From contig OY762463.1 of NCBI GenBank assembly GCA_963665815.1, positions 2,784,001-2,848,000 on the forward strand: 64,000 bases of DNA, given 5' to 3'. Shown here piece after piece: positions 18,212 through 28,146 of the stretch. Every line of letters begins with the position of its first letter. Position 1 is the stretch's first letter. The notes beneath the pieces are model-generated. The model made no database searches. It saw only the letters and a list, made by a program, of their open reading frames with translations, and had not been told where the DNA came from. This DNA is from Candidatus Cloacimonadales bacterium (GTDB lineage: Bacteria; Cloacimonadota; Cloacimonadia; Cloacimonadales; JAIOQZ01). The translations under genes and the position numbers were made by a program.

Positions 18212-18247
18212 TGCACGAATGCGAACATAAATGTCCGTTAGTGTACA
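18212..18247. promoter_or_regulatory. tandem candidate UAS (TGYNCG-N4-YGNACA)
   Basis: TGCACG-AATG-CGAACA 18212-18227 and TGTCCG-TTAG-TGTACA 18232-18247, 20 bp apart, upstream of the sigma54 promoter. Confidence 0.55.
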
Positions 18248-18309
18248 TCAGTAATAAATTTTTACTTGAAAATTATTCGCAGTGTCTGTAATTTATACTT
18301 GAGGAAAAA

Positions 18310-18582
18310 ATGAGAATAGATCAGTTACTTAATACGTTATGTCTCGTGAAGACGAGATCAATTGCAAAGAAGGCGTGCGATAAAGGTTTAGTTAGAATTA
18401 ACAATAAGCAGGCAAAGTCTTCAGCAAAAATCTGTGAAAATGATACAATAGAATTTGACTTGTTCGGACACAGAACTAATATTACGATCAAGACAATACC
18501 AAAGGGAAATGTATCTAAGAAAAGTGCCCCGGAATACTATTCGATGAACTTCAGAGACAAACTTGATATTCCGGAAAGTTAA
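18310..18582 (+). CDS. S4-domain RNA-binding protein (Hsp15/RqcP-YabO family)
   Basis: MRIDQLL..LVKTRSIAKKACDKGLVRIN..AKSS, 90 aa. Confidence 0.85.
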   Translation: MRIDQLLNTLCLVKTRSIAKKACDKGLVRINNKQAKSSAKICENDTIEFDLFGHRTNITIKTIPKGNVSKKSAPEYYSMNFRDKLDIPES

Positions 18583-18591
18583 GGAAGTACT

Positions 18592-19992
18592 ATGGATAGA
18601 CTGAATATCTTGATACTTGATGATGCTCCGGCAATAAGAGAGATTTTCATAGATTTCTGTGAAGATAATGATTATCAAGGATTTACTGCATCTACACCTG
18701 ATGAAGCTTTCAGAATTCTCAGCAAAGAGAATATTGATATTATGCTTCTTGATATCGTTCTTCCAGGAATGAATGGAATAGAAGTTCTAAAGATTGTTAA
18801 GGAAAAATATCCGACTATCGAAGTGATAATGATTTCCGGAAGCTATAATGACAGTAATATTATTCAGTCTATGAGACTTGGAGCTCTGGATTTCTTTGTA
18901 AAGCCTTTCAGAATGCTTGATGTTCAATCTGCTATTGAAAGAACAAAGAAATTTATCCGTTTGAACAGTGAATTGAAGAACATTGAGATGAATTTTTCTC
19001 TGCTTTCTCAGGAATTGCAGGATAAAATAGGTTTCAATATTATCGGTAAAAGCAAAGCAATTAAAAATGTTGTAGATCTTGTTTCAAAAGTTACTGATGC
19101 AGAGGATACTTCCGTAATGATTATAGGCGAGAGCGGTACCGGAAAAGAACTTGTAGCTCGTGGTATACATTTTATGGGAAATAGACGGAGAAAATACTTC
19201 TTTCCCGTTAACTGTTCGGCTGTTTCCGGTACACTTTTTGAAAGTGAGTTCTTTGGTCATAAAAAAGGCTCTTTTACCGGAGCTACAGAGGATAGAGTTG
19301 GCTGGTTTGAAGCTGCTGAAGGCGGAACACTTTTTCTGGATGAAATTGGCGATATGCCTCTTGAGCTTCAGACAAAGTTGTTGAGAGTTCTGGATGATAG
19401 GAAGATAAAGAAAGTTGGTTCAAATCTTGAAATACCAATTGACACCAGGATTATTTCTGCGACTAACAGAGATCTGGTTGACTTGGTGGAATCAAAGAAA
19501 TTCAGACTGGATCTTTTCCACAGGTTGAATACATTTAACATATCAATTCCACCATTAAGAGAACGAAAAGAGGATATTCCTTTATTGATAGATTATTTCA
19601 TGCAGAAATATGCAGAGAAGCTGAGAAAACAGGTTTATGAAGTACATCCGGATGTTTACAGTGCTTTAATGGATTATCCATTTACGGGTAATATCAGAGA
19701 ACTGAAAAATATGGTAGAGAGAGCTGTAATTCTTGCTGATAATGAAGTTCTGAAGTTGGAATTCTTTGGTGTAGCAGGAAGCAGTACGGTGAGAATGGAG
19801 AAGCACAGATCTGTAGAGGAAGAACACTCATTGTTATCTGAAACACTTGATCTTGCTGAACTTGAGAAAAAGGCTGTTATCATGGCTTTGAAAAAAACAA
19901 ACTACAATAAGTCTCAAGCTGCCAAAATTCTTAATATCACCTGGAATTCTCTTGATAGAAGGATGAAAAAGTACGATTTGTCCAGTGATTAG
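18592..19992 (+). CDS. NtrC-family sigma54-dependent response regulator
   Basis: REC (LDD..LLDIVLPGMNG..KPF), GESGTGKE, GSFTGA, DEIGD, GNIRELKN, Fis HTH. Confidence 0.93.
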   Translation: MDRLNILILDDAPAIREIFIDFCEDNDYQGFTASTPDEAFRILSKENIDIMLLDIVLPGMNGIEVLKIVKEKYPTIEVIMISGSYNDSNIIQSMRLGALDFFVKPFRMLDVQSAIERTKKFIRLNSELKNIEMNFSLLSQELQDKIGFNIIGKSKAIKNVVDLVSKVTDAEDTSVMIIGESGTGKELVARGIHFMGNRRRKYFFPVNCSAVSGTLFESEFFGHKKGSFTGATEDRVGWFEAAEGGTLFLDEIGDMPLELQTKLLRVLDDRKIKKVGSNLEIPIDTRIISATNRDLVDLVESKKFRLDLFHRLNTFNISIPPLRERKEDIPLLIDYFMQKYAEKLRKQVYEVHPDVYSALMDYPFTGNIRELKNMVERAVILADNEVLKLEFFGVAGSSTVRMEKHRSVEEEHSLLSETLDLAELEKKAVIMALKKTNYNKSQAAKILNITWNSLDRRMKKYDLSSD

Positions 19993-20000
19993 GTCTGTTT

Positions 20001-20432
20001 ATGAGACTTTGGTCGATAAATTTCAAATACTTGGATGCCAAGGGCTTGGTTGCTTTATGGAGAGAGGGGCTACTTGCCAGAAAAGTACTGATGGGGGAAA
20101 CAAAGGGATACAAAAATCATCCACAATTGATAAGGTTCAAAAATCTGGAAAATTCTGTGGATGGTATTAATCAATATTTACACTGTGTTGTAGATGAAGC
20201 TGATAGAAGAGGGTATAACTTCGACAGAGATAAACTTGATCAAGTTGAGAATACACAGTCAATAAACGTTACATCCGGTCAAATTGAGTACGAGAAAACT
20301 CATCTGATGAATAAGCTCAGGGAAAGGGATTACAATAGATTTTTAGCTTTCAGGGAAGAGACAAAAATTGAAGTTGCTAAGATGTTCAAAGTTATTGAGG
20401 GTAATATTGAAAGTTGGGAAATAATTAAGTAG
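20001..20432 (+). CDS. pyrimidine dimer DNA glycosylase / T4 endonuclease V-like family protein
   Basis: MRLWS..YLDAKGLVALWRE.LLA.KVL.G.TKGY.NHPQL.RF signature. Confidence 0.85.
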   Translation: MRLWSINFKYLDAKGLVALWREGLLARKVLMGETKGYKNHPQLIRFKNLENSVDGINQYLHCVVDEADRRGYNFDRDKLDQVENTQSINVTSGQIEYEKTHLMNKLRERDYNRFLAFREETKIEVAKMFKVIEGNIESWEIIK

Positions 20433-20462
20433 TAAAAATAATTATATTGCATTTATTTTTGA

Positions 20463-21827
20463 ATGAACCTATTTTATAAAAAAGCAGTTGGAGTAATGAT
20501 GAGTAGTAGAAAGTATTATGCAATAGTATTAACGATTTTGTTTGCCGCTTATATTTCTCTGTTGATATATTCAATAAAGAGTTATATTGATAAAATTGAA
20601 AGTCTTAAGCAGGACTCAATTCAGGATTTGGCAAATAAAATCTATATTACGACGAATGCTTATGAAAACTTGGCTAAACTTTTGTTCGATGATCATATTG
20701 ATGATACTGAAATTGAAAGAATAATGTTTTTGGCTGATAGAGTAAAAAGCAAAAAAGAAAAGGATGAGCTTCGGGAAAAACTATTCCTAATGAACGAAAA
20801 AATGTATACATTACTTAAAAGGTACAATTTCCGTCAGCTCCATTACCATTTATCAAATACTGAAAGCTTTCTCAGGATGCACAGACCTAAAAAATATGGT
20901 GATACTCTCGGTACTGCCAGAATGACAGTGTTAAAGGCAAATAGAGAAATGGTTTTTCAGAAGGGTTTTGAAGAAGGCCGAATATTTAATGGATACAGGT
21001 ATGTGTTTCCCTTAACCTATCAAGGTAAGCATTCAGGTACTATGGAAATAAGTTTCTCAATTGCAATGCTGATAAATAATCTTGAGAAACTTTTTGCTAA
21101 TGATTATCATTTTGTAATTTCCAAAGATATAGTTGATAAAAAAGTGTTTAAAGAAGAAAGAGTAATAAACTACAAAGTATGTGAAATATCCGATCAATTC
21201 TATATAGATAAAAACGCTGTCAGCACGAATATTTACAATGTCTTCAGTGATTCTGAATTCAATTCTATCCTGAAGAATCACTGTAAGAACAGTATGGAAG
21301 AGTTTATTCCATTTTGTCACACAGTAAGGTTTAATGAAAACCTGAAACTTGTTACAGGAATGCCGATTAAGAATAATGAAGGTGGAAATTTTGGCTTTAT
21401 TCTCCAGCTTTCAGATGATACCGAAAGATTTATTAATTTCAGGACAGCATTAATATTATCATTAACCGGATTATCTATTGTTTTTATTCTACTCTTGACA
21501 ATCAGTATGATTATCAAAAGGCACAGCAGGAAATCTATTGAACTGTCAAGGCTGCAAGCAGCTAATGCTATGAGCATAACGGCAAGTCATGAGATAAACC
21601 AGCCTCTTGAAATAATCCTGATGAACAGTGAGCTTCTGGAAATGACTAACTCACTTGATGAAAAGGGAGTGAAGAAGATAAGAAATATTGGTGAATCAGT
21701 CAGAAGAATAAAGGATATCCTGAACAGAATGCTGAATATTAATCACATTGAGCTAGAGAAATACACAGATAACGAAGATATGGTTAATCTGAACAAATCA
21801 CTGGAAGATATGGATAAAAACGAATAA
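20463..21827 (+). CDS. membrane Cache-domain sensor with HisKA dimerisation domain but no ATPase domain
   Basis: Two TMs flanking RQLHYH..SFLRMHRP.KYGD.L..R..GFEEGR..GYRYVFP (Cache-like); H-box ASHEINQPL; ends about 75 aa later. Real start is probably ATG 20496/20499. Confidence 0.75.
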   Translation: MNLFYKKAVGVMMSSRKYYAIVLTILFAAYISLLIYSIKSYIDKIESLKQDSIQDLANKIYITTNAYENLAKLLFDDHIDDTEIERIMFLADRVKSKKEKDELREKLFLMNEKMYTLLKRYNFRQLHYHLSNTESFLRMHRPKKYGDTLGTARMTVLKANREMVFQKGFEEGRIFNGYRYVFPLTYQGKHSGTMEISFSIAMLINNLEKLFANDYHFVISKDIVDKKVFKEERVINYKVCEISDQFYIDKNAVSTNIYNVFSDSEFNSILKNHCKNSMEEFIPFCHTVRFNENLKLVTGMPIKNNEGGNFGFILQLSDDTERFINFRTALILSLTGLSIVFILLLTISMIIKRHSRKSIELSRLQAANAMSITASHEINQPLEIILMNSELLEMTNSLDEKGVKKIRNIGESVRRIKDILNRMLNINHIELEKYTDNEDMVNLNKSLEDMDKNE

Positions 21828-21900
21828 TAATGCCAAATAGAACTTGACTAAGATATTGATATGTATATTCAATACATATTCAATAATATTCGGAGTTCAG

Positions 21901-23187
21901 ATGGCAGAAAAAATACTTGTCTTTACATATAATTATGTGCCGTATAATGTTACAGGGACATTCAGAATAATGCGTTTTGTAAAGTATTTTCCACAGAACG
22001 GTTTTACTCCTGTTGTCTTAACAGCTGACCAGGGAAATGAAGGTATTTCTGAACTGTTAAGGAAAGAAGTTCCCCCCAATGCAGAAATAATACGGAAAAG
22101 ATCTATCTTTAAAACGAAAGATAAGCTTGGTACAGGTAAGAAGACATTATATACAAATGATATTAGCTATGTAAAATCAATTGCAAAGTACATAGTAAGA
22201 TTTGTTAAAGATGTTCTTTTATCACCGGATAAACAAATTTTATGGTCAATTGCTAATATTCCCCATATAATAAGAATATTGCGTAAAAGCAAGATCAAAT
22301 ATTTGTATGTTAATTGTGGACCCTTTTCTCTTGCCGTTGCCGGAGTTCTTGTAAAGAAGATATGTGGAGTTAAACTGATTATTGATTTCAGAGATCCCTG
22401 GGTAAGTAATCACAGCCAATTGAAGCAGACGTACATCAGGAAGAAGTTTAACGAGTTCTATGAAGGAATATGCATTAAAAATGCAGATTTAGTTGTATCA
22501 GTAACAAACGAGCTCATTGATGACTTGAGAAGAAGACACAAGTTTAAAACAAAATATTTACTTATTCCTAACGGATTCGACCCAGACGATTACTCTAATC
22601 TTGGGAAATGCAAGAGATATGTCAATGATGCGAGTTTTAAATTCATTTATGGTGGGAAAGTTGATATCTTCAGCCATTTTTACAATCCTGCAACTGTATT
22701 AGAAGGTTTTAAGCTTTTCCAGGAGACCTATAATATACAAAATGCTGAACTTATTCTTTACTCGTCGATGAGTAGAGAAACTAGAGTATATATAGAACGC
22801 AAGAAAGTTAAAAATGTTATTATTCACGATTATGTAGAACGTACTGAACTATTAAATATTTTATATCAGGCAGGAGCTTTTATTCATTATATTTATCCTC
22901 AGTCAAGTCCAGAATCTATATCTTTGAAAATTTTTGAATATGCTGCTTTAGGTAAACCAATAATAAGTATTAACACAGAAGAAGGAAGTACCGCAAAGTT
23001 TTTGTTCGAAAGCAGAGCAGGTTTTTCCTGCAAGAATGTTGATATTGATAATATCTCTGAATTGTTTTATAGAGCTTACTGTATGGACTCAGAGGAGTTC
23101 AAAGCTAACGTAAATGTGGAATTTATTAATCAGTATGCTGTTAATAAATTGACGGATGAACTGGTTAAGCATATTAAAGCAATATAA
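21901..23187 (+). CDS. glycosyltransferase family 4
   Basis: GTFRIMRFVKY, IDFRDPW, IPNGFD, KIFEY.A.GKPI; ATG 21901 with GGAG RBS. Confidence 0.85.
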   Translation: MAEKILVFTYNYVPYNVTGTFRIMRFVKYFPQNGFTPVVLTADQGNEGISELLRKEVPPNAEIIRKRSIFKTKDKLGTGKKTLYTNDISYVKSIAKYIVRFVKDVLLSPDKQILWSIANIPHIIRILRKSKIKYLYVNCGPFSLAVAGVLVKKICGVKLIIDFRDPWVSNHSQLKQTYIRKKFNEFYEGICIKNADLVVSVTNELIDDLRRRHKFKTKYLLIPNGFDPDDYSNLGKCKRYVNDASFKFIYGGKVDIFSHFYNPATVLEGFKLFQETYNIQNAELILYSSMSRETRVYIERKKVKNVIIHDYVERTELLNILYQAGAFIHYIYPQSSPESISLKIFEYAALGKPIISINTEEGSTAKFLFESRAGFSCKNVDIDNISELFYRAYCMDSEEFKANVNVEFINQYAVNKLTDELVKHIKAI

Positions 23188-23197
23188 GGACTGTAAA

Positions 23198-24289
23198 ATG
23201 ATAAAATTATTGCTATTGAGTGATGCTTCAAATGTACATACTCAGAAATGGGCTACATACTTCAGGGATCAGAAATTCGATGTTCATATTATCAGTTTAC
23301 TTCCTGCTGAAATTGATGGAATCAAAATTCATGTCATTAATTCAAAAGCATATGCTACAAGAAAGAATAACATGGAATATTGTAAGTTGAAAGTTCTTTT
23401 CGAAGCTGTGCCACAAGTTAGACAAATTATAAAAGATATCAAGCCTGATCTGGTTCATGCTCATTTTGCTTCAAGCTACGGTTTATTCGGAGCTTTATCC
23501 GGATTTCATCCTTATTTTGTTTCAGTATGGGGATATGATACAATAAGATTTCCAGAGATATCATTTATTCATAGGAGTATTATTAAATATGTTCTTAGTA
23601 CAGCAGACAGGATATTTGCTACATCTGACTTTCTGGCAGAGAGAACTTCTCGTTACACAGATAAAAGTATAGTAATAACTCCTTTTGGTGTGGATATTGA
23701 TCTTTTCAGACCTCGACCTAAAGAAAAGTCAGATAAATTTGTTTTTGGAACTGTTAAAGCTCTGGAAGATAACTATGGAATTGATTGTCTTATTAAGGCA
23801 GCTTCAATACTGAAAGGGAAAATTGATAACTGGGAATTGTGGATAGTAGGTACCGGAACAAAAAGAGAAAAATTAGAAAAATTGGTAACAGAAAAGGGTA
23901 TTGAGGAGAATGTTGTATTTTGGGGCAGGGTTAGTAATAGTAAGGTCCCTGAAATTCTTAATAAGATGGATGTATTCACTGTGACATCATTAATATACGA
24001 GTCTTTTGGGGTTGCTGCAGTTGAAGCTTCAGCTGTTGGAATACCTGTTGTTGCCTCTCGACTTGGTGGGCTTTCTGATGTGGTTATTGATAAACTGACA
24101 GGTTTTCATGTAGATCCAGGTAATGCTGAAGAATTGGCTGAAATTATACTTCATTTGTATAAATGTCCTGAAGAAATTGATATCTTAGGAAAAAATGGAA
24201 GAAGAATGGTTGAAGAAAAATACAATTGGAAAAACAATGCTGAAATAATGCTTAAAAATTATACTTTACTCTCTACTGATAAAAATTAA
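23198..24289 (+). CDS. glycosyltransferase family 4
   Basis: PDLVHAH..SYG, PFGVD, ESFGVAAVEASAVGIPVV. Confidence 0.9.
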   Translation: MIKLLLLSDASNVHTQKWATYFRDQKFDVHIISLLPAEIDGIKIHVINSKAYATRKNNMEYCKLKVLFEAVPQVRQIIKDIKPDLVHAHFASSYGLFGALSGFHPYFVSVWGYDTIRFPEISFIHRSIIKYVLSTADRIFATSDFLAERTSRYTDKSIVITPFGVDIDLFRPRPKEKSDKFVFGTVKALEDNYGIDCLIKAASILKGKIDNWELWIVGTGTKREKLEKLVTEKGIEENVVFWGRVSNSKVPEILNKMDVFTVTSLIYESFGVAAVEASAVGIPVVASRLGGLSDVVIDKLTGFHVDPGNAEELAEIILHLYKCPEEIDILGKNGRRMVEEKYNWKNNAEIMLKNYTLLSTDKN

Positions 24290-24325
24290 TAAACATGAAA
24301 TTTTAGTTTCTCAAAAGGAATAAGG

Positions 24326-25462
24326 ATGCTGATAATATTTTATACTGTTGTTTTGATTTTGCTGTATCACATTTTTTTTTATGGTTTCATCCTCAAGATT
24401 TTTTCATCTGAAAAGCCATCTCCTGAAAAGAATATTCAAGATTATCCGACTATTACAGTGCTTTGCCCAGCTTATAATGAAGAGTTGGTGATTGAGAGTA
24501 AGATAATGTCATTTTTGCGACTTGATTATCCTAAAGATAGGATAAAACTAATAGTTATTTCTGATGATTCTACTGATAATACAAATGAAATTGTCAGAAG
24601 ATTTGAGGAGAAGGGTTACATTGAACTTGTAGTACAATCTCCCAGAAGAGGGAAGCCTTCAGGACATAATCTTGTTCAACCGGGAATTAATAGTGATTAT
24701 ATTGTATCCACAGATGCAAATTCGATTTTTGATTCTCAGGCTATGAAAGAACTTGTAAAAACAATGAATACATCATCAAATGTCGGTATGGTTGTAGGTA
24801 AACTAAAACTTGTAAAGAATAATGGGCAAGACTCAGGAGAAGGATTGTACTGGAAATATGAAAGCTGGTTAAAATCAATGGATAGCAGATTCTATTCTGT
24901 AATTTGTGCCAATGGTTCTTTATTTATGGTGAAAAGGGAATTGTTTACTCAAATTCATCCAACATCTGTAGATGATTTTGAAAGAACACTTATTGTTTTA
25001 AAGAAAGGTTATATTGCAAAATATTGTCCAGATGCCTTTGTGACAGAAGATGTCACAGAAAAACCATCAGAAGAAATTAAACGAAAAATCAGAATAATTT
25101 CCAGAGAATGGTCTGCATTAAGCAGACAAAGGGAAGTATTGAATTTTTTCAAGTTTCCTGAACCTGCATTCTTGCTTGCATCTCATAAGTTAATTAGATG
25201 GTTGTTACCTTTGTTTTCTTTACTTCTATTGGTAAGTAATTGCTTTTTACTTAATACATTTTTTTACAGATTGATATTTTTGGGGCAGATTTTTGTTTAT
25301 TTATCCGGGTTGATTGAACTTCAGCTTGAGAAATGCGGGAAAGGTTTATCCCCACTAAAACTTACTGCATATTGGGTTGCAATGAATTATGCGGCTTTAA
25401 TGGCAATATTGATTTCGATAAAAGGGACTCAGCAAACTATGTGGAGTACAAAAAGAAACTAA
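24326..25462 (+). CDS. glycosyltransferase family 2
   Basis: PAYNEE, SDDSTDNT, TDAN, DDF, C-terminal TMs. Confidence 0.9.
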   Translation: MLIIFYTVVLILLYHIFFYGFILKIFSSEKPSPEKNIQDYPTITVLCPAYNEELVIESKIMSFLRLDYPKDRIKLIVISDDSTDNTNEIVRRFEEKGYIELVVQSPRRGKPSGHNLVQPGINSDYIVSTDANSIFDSQAMKELVKTMNTSSNVGMVVGKLKLVKNNGQDSGEGLYWKYESWLKSMDSRFYSVICANGSLFMVKRELFTQIHPTSVDDFERTLIVLKKGYIAKYCPDAFVTEDVTEKPSEEIKRKIRIISREWSALSRQREVLNFFKFPEPAFLLASHKLIRWLLPLFSLLLLVSNCFLLNTFFYRLIFLGQIFVYLSGLIELQLEKCGKGLSPLKLTAYWVAMNYAALMAILISIKGTQQTMWSTKRN

Positions 25463-25519
25463 AAGCAGTAAATTATATTTAAAATCTTCTTATTGATAAG
25501 AGGGAAATTGATTTATGTT

Positions 25520-26866
25520 CTAAGTCAATAAATCATTTTTCTCAAATTTCTGTAGGATTTGATATAGTAGAAAAGTGTATAACCAGAAATCCAGATTATT
25601 ACCAATATTACCACTGAAATTTGCATTAACAAATCCACAAACAAACATAGCAGTTATAACTTGAATATCGTTTCTACTCCTTATATAATCTATGTTACGT
25701 CTGATTAAAATAAATAATTTTACAACAAGATATACTAAAGCCAAAAAGAAAAATATTCCTAATTCACACAGAGCCTCTGTGAAAATATTATGAGGGTAAC
25801 CCCATCCTGTGGACTCGAACGAGCCAAATCCAGCACCCAATATTTTATGTTTCATGAACATTTCAATTGCATGGACGTTAAGAATTATTCTTATCATAAT
25901 TGTAGAATTACTTCCTGTATCTTTTTGGGTTATTCGATTCTGTACAGATGCTGGAGCAAAAGAAATAACGGCCGCTATAAGCAAAATCAAAAGTATTAAG
26001 CCGAAGATAGTTTTTATACTACTTTTAAGCCTAATAAATACTAGAAATATAACTCCAGAAACAAATCCTAGTAATGGACCTCTGGAGGCAGTGAGTAGCA
26101 TCAAGTAAATTGCAAAAATTGCGAATGACGTAATAAAAATAATGTTAATGATTTTTCTCTTGTATCTTTCTCCGAGCTCAAGAAGATAATATATTGTTGA
26201 AAAAATAAACATTACAATAACCCTACCCAGAGATATGGGGTTCAATTTAAATAAAGTAAGTCTATTAGGAATAGAAGCATCAGTTAAAACATGCCCTGTA
26301 TCGATGTTCCAAAAATAAATCAGACTAACTGCAATTATAACTATCCCACTGAATATGTAAGCGTCAAATATTCTAGAATAACTTTTATTCCTCAATGAAA
26401 TCTCAGATACAAGGAATGTTGTGTAAATTGTTATAAACAGGTATTTAAGCTTTAGCGCTCCATATGCTTTTTCAGTTGAGATAAATTTTGTTGACAGTAC
26501 TGCATAAATAAAAAGTACAATAAGAAAATATGTAATATAATCTCTTCTTATAGTAACTAATTGTGAGATTGGTTTATAAAAGGATTTGCTAAAATACACA
26601 ATAAATGTTGAAATGATCATAAGGTAGTAAGTTGTGGGATTTACGTTCAGCGACACTTGCATTAACGAGTATACTACAGGAATAGATAATAGAATCAATA
26701 TAGAGTAAAAATTACCATCATCAATTAACTTCTTAACAATGTATAAGGTCATTAGAAAAAAGATTGCAATAAGAGCATCATATACAAAAAAGAATGAAAT
26801 CAGTATCGAGATAAGCCCAGCTGTTATGAAGCGGCTATCAGGTTTAAACTGCTTAGATGAAGTCAT
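25520..26866 (-). CDS. O-antigen ligase / Wzy-like polymerase
   Basis: Polytopic; NP..LG, LTASRGP, ILGAGFGSF, YPHNIFTEALCELG. Confidence 0.82.
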   Translation of the reverse strand: MTSSKQFKPDSRFITAGLISILISFFFVYDALIAIFFLMTLYIVKKLIDDGNFYSILILLSIPVVYSLMQVSLNVNPTTYYLMIISTFIVYFSKSFYKPISQLVTIRRDYITYFLIVLFIYAVLSTKFISTEKAYGALKLKYLFITIYTTFLVSEISLRNKSYSRIFDAYIFSGIVIIAVSLIYFWNIDTGHVLTDASIPNRLTLFKLNPISLGRVIVMFIFSTIYYLLELGERYKRKIINIIFITSFAIFAIYLMLLTASRGPLLGFVSGVIFLVFIRLKSSIKTIFGLILLILLIAAVISFAPASVQNRITQKDTGSNSTIMIRIILNVHAIEMFMKHKILGAGFGSFESTGWGYPHNIFTEALCELGIFFFLALVYLVVKLFILIRRNIDYIRSRNDIQVITAMFVCGFVNANFSGNIGNNLDFWLYTFLLYQILQKFEKNDLLT

Positions 26867-28044
26867 TTCCTATTTAGAAGAAGCTTGTATATAGTTCTGA
26901 ATTTCTGAGTCTGGCCTGTCTCATCAATAAAATGGAATATTACCACAAAAGCAGAAGAAAAGATAAATGCCAGTGCAAACATTGCAATACATATCAGTGC
27001 TCTTTTGGGTTTTGCCCTTAATCCTGTTGGAACAGCTTTGTCTATAACTTCAATTAATGGAGAATCATTCAATTCATCAATTCTGGCTTTTTCGTATCTG
27101 GGATAAATAAACTCGTAGACTTCCTTTTGAAGTAAAAGATTCATTTCAAACTTTGCTACTTTTATTTGTAAGCTTGACACACTGTCAATTGGAGTGACAT
27201 ACTTTGTATATGCTTTTGTTTCAACCTGTTTGATTCTTTCATTGAGAATTTCAAGTTCATTTTTTAGTTTTGTAACTGCAAAATTGTCTACATTTATATA
27301 AAGCATAGCATTCTGCAACTCCAGTTCTTTCGTCATTTTTTCACCAACAAGTTTTGCATAAAGCTTTATAACCATCTCTGTCTGCTGAGATAATGAGACC
27401 AAGTTCTCTCTCGCATTAAATTCCTGAGTTTTAGCAGCTAATGAGTCAATTAAACTATTCAATTCAGCAATTCTTTCTTCAAGAAAAATTCTATTTCTCT
27501 TGGATTTTGTCAGTTTTTCATTATTCAGATACTTTTCAAGTCGGGAAAATAAATCATTTGCAACATTGGCAGCCAGATACTTGTCTTTATGCAATATAGA
27601 AATAGTATGAACTCCTGAATCTTCGTCCGTTGTGAAACTAATAACATCGTTTCTTAAAGCTTTAAGAGTCTGATCCCTGACAACAAGAGAATCAGGATCT
27701 TCGATTTCAAAATATTCTGTAAAATTGTATTTCCTGATCAGATCCTCTAGAAAAGTTCTACTATAGATAACAGTTTTAAATAGATGCGTTTTACTATCTT
27801 TTACATTACCCAGAAGACTGCTTGTATCAAATCCCATGACATTATCGGGGATATTCTGCATGCTCATACTAGATGAAGACTCTGTGAATGTTACATATGA
27901 TCTCCAGTATTCAGGTGTCAACAAGCTATATACTACAGCAAACACTGAAGCAATAAATGTTACAATAATAACAAATTTTTTATGTTTAGCTATAATTATC
28001 AGTAAATCAAGAATATTTTCTTCTTTATTTATTTTAGATTCCAT
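26863..28044 (-). CDS. Wzz/GumC-type chain-length determinant
   Basis: N-terminal TM, coiled coil, IEVIDKAVP..AKPKRALI plus C-terminal TM. Confidence 0.85.
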   Translation of the reverse strand: MESKINKEENILDLLIIIAKHKKFVIIVTFIASVFAVVYSLLTPEYWRSYVTFTESSSSMSMQNIPDNVMGFDTSSLLGNVKDSKTHLFKTVIYSRTFLEDLIRKYNFTEYFEIEDPDSLVVRDQTLKALRNDVISFTTDEDSGVHTISILHKDKYLAANVANDLFSRLEKYLNNEKLTKSKRNRIFLEERIAELNSLIDSLAAKTQEFNARENLVSLSQQTEMVIKLYAKLVGEKMTKELELQNAMLYINVDNFAVTKLKNELEILNERIKQVETKAYTKYVTPIDSVSSLQIKVAKFEMNLLLQKEVYEFIYPRYEKARIDELNDSPLIEVIDKAVPTGLRAKPKRALICIAMFALAFIFSSAFVVIFHFIDETGQTQKFRTIYKLLLNRK

Positions 28045-28146
28045 TTATCCTCTCAAAATTATTTATTCAACAATTTATCTGCTAAAATTAGAGTCAAGAT
28101 TTTTTATACCGCTGAATGTACAATATGTTGAAAATACTTCACTATA

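Noticed and set aside
20001-20432. prophage signal from the T4 endonuclease V-like gene
   Set aside because: The family also occurs in bacterial chromosomes, and no phage structural genes, integrase or att sites are nearby.
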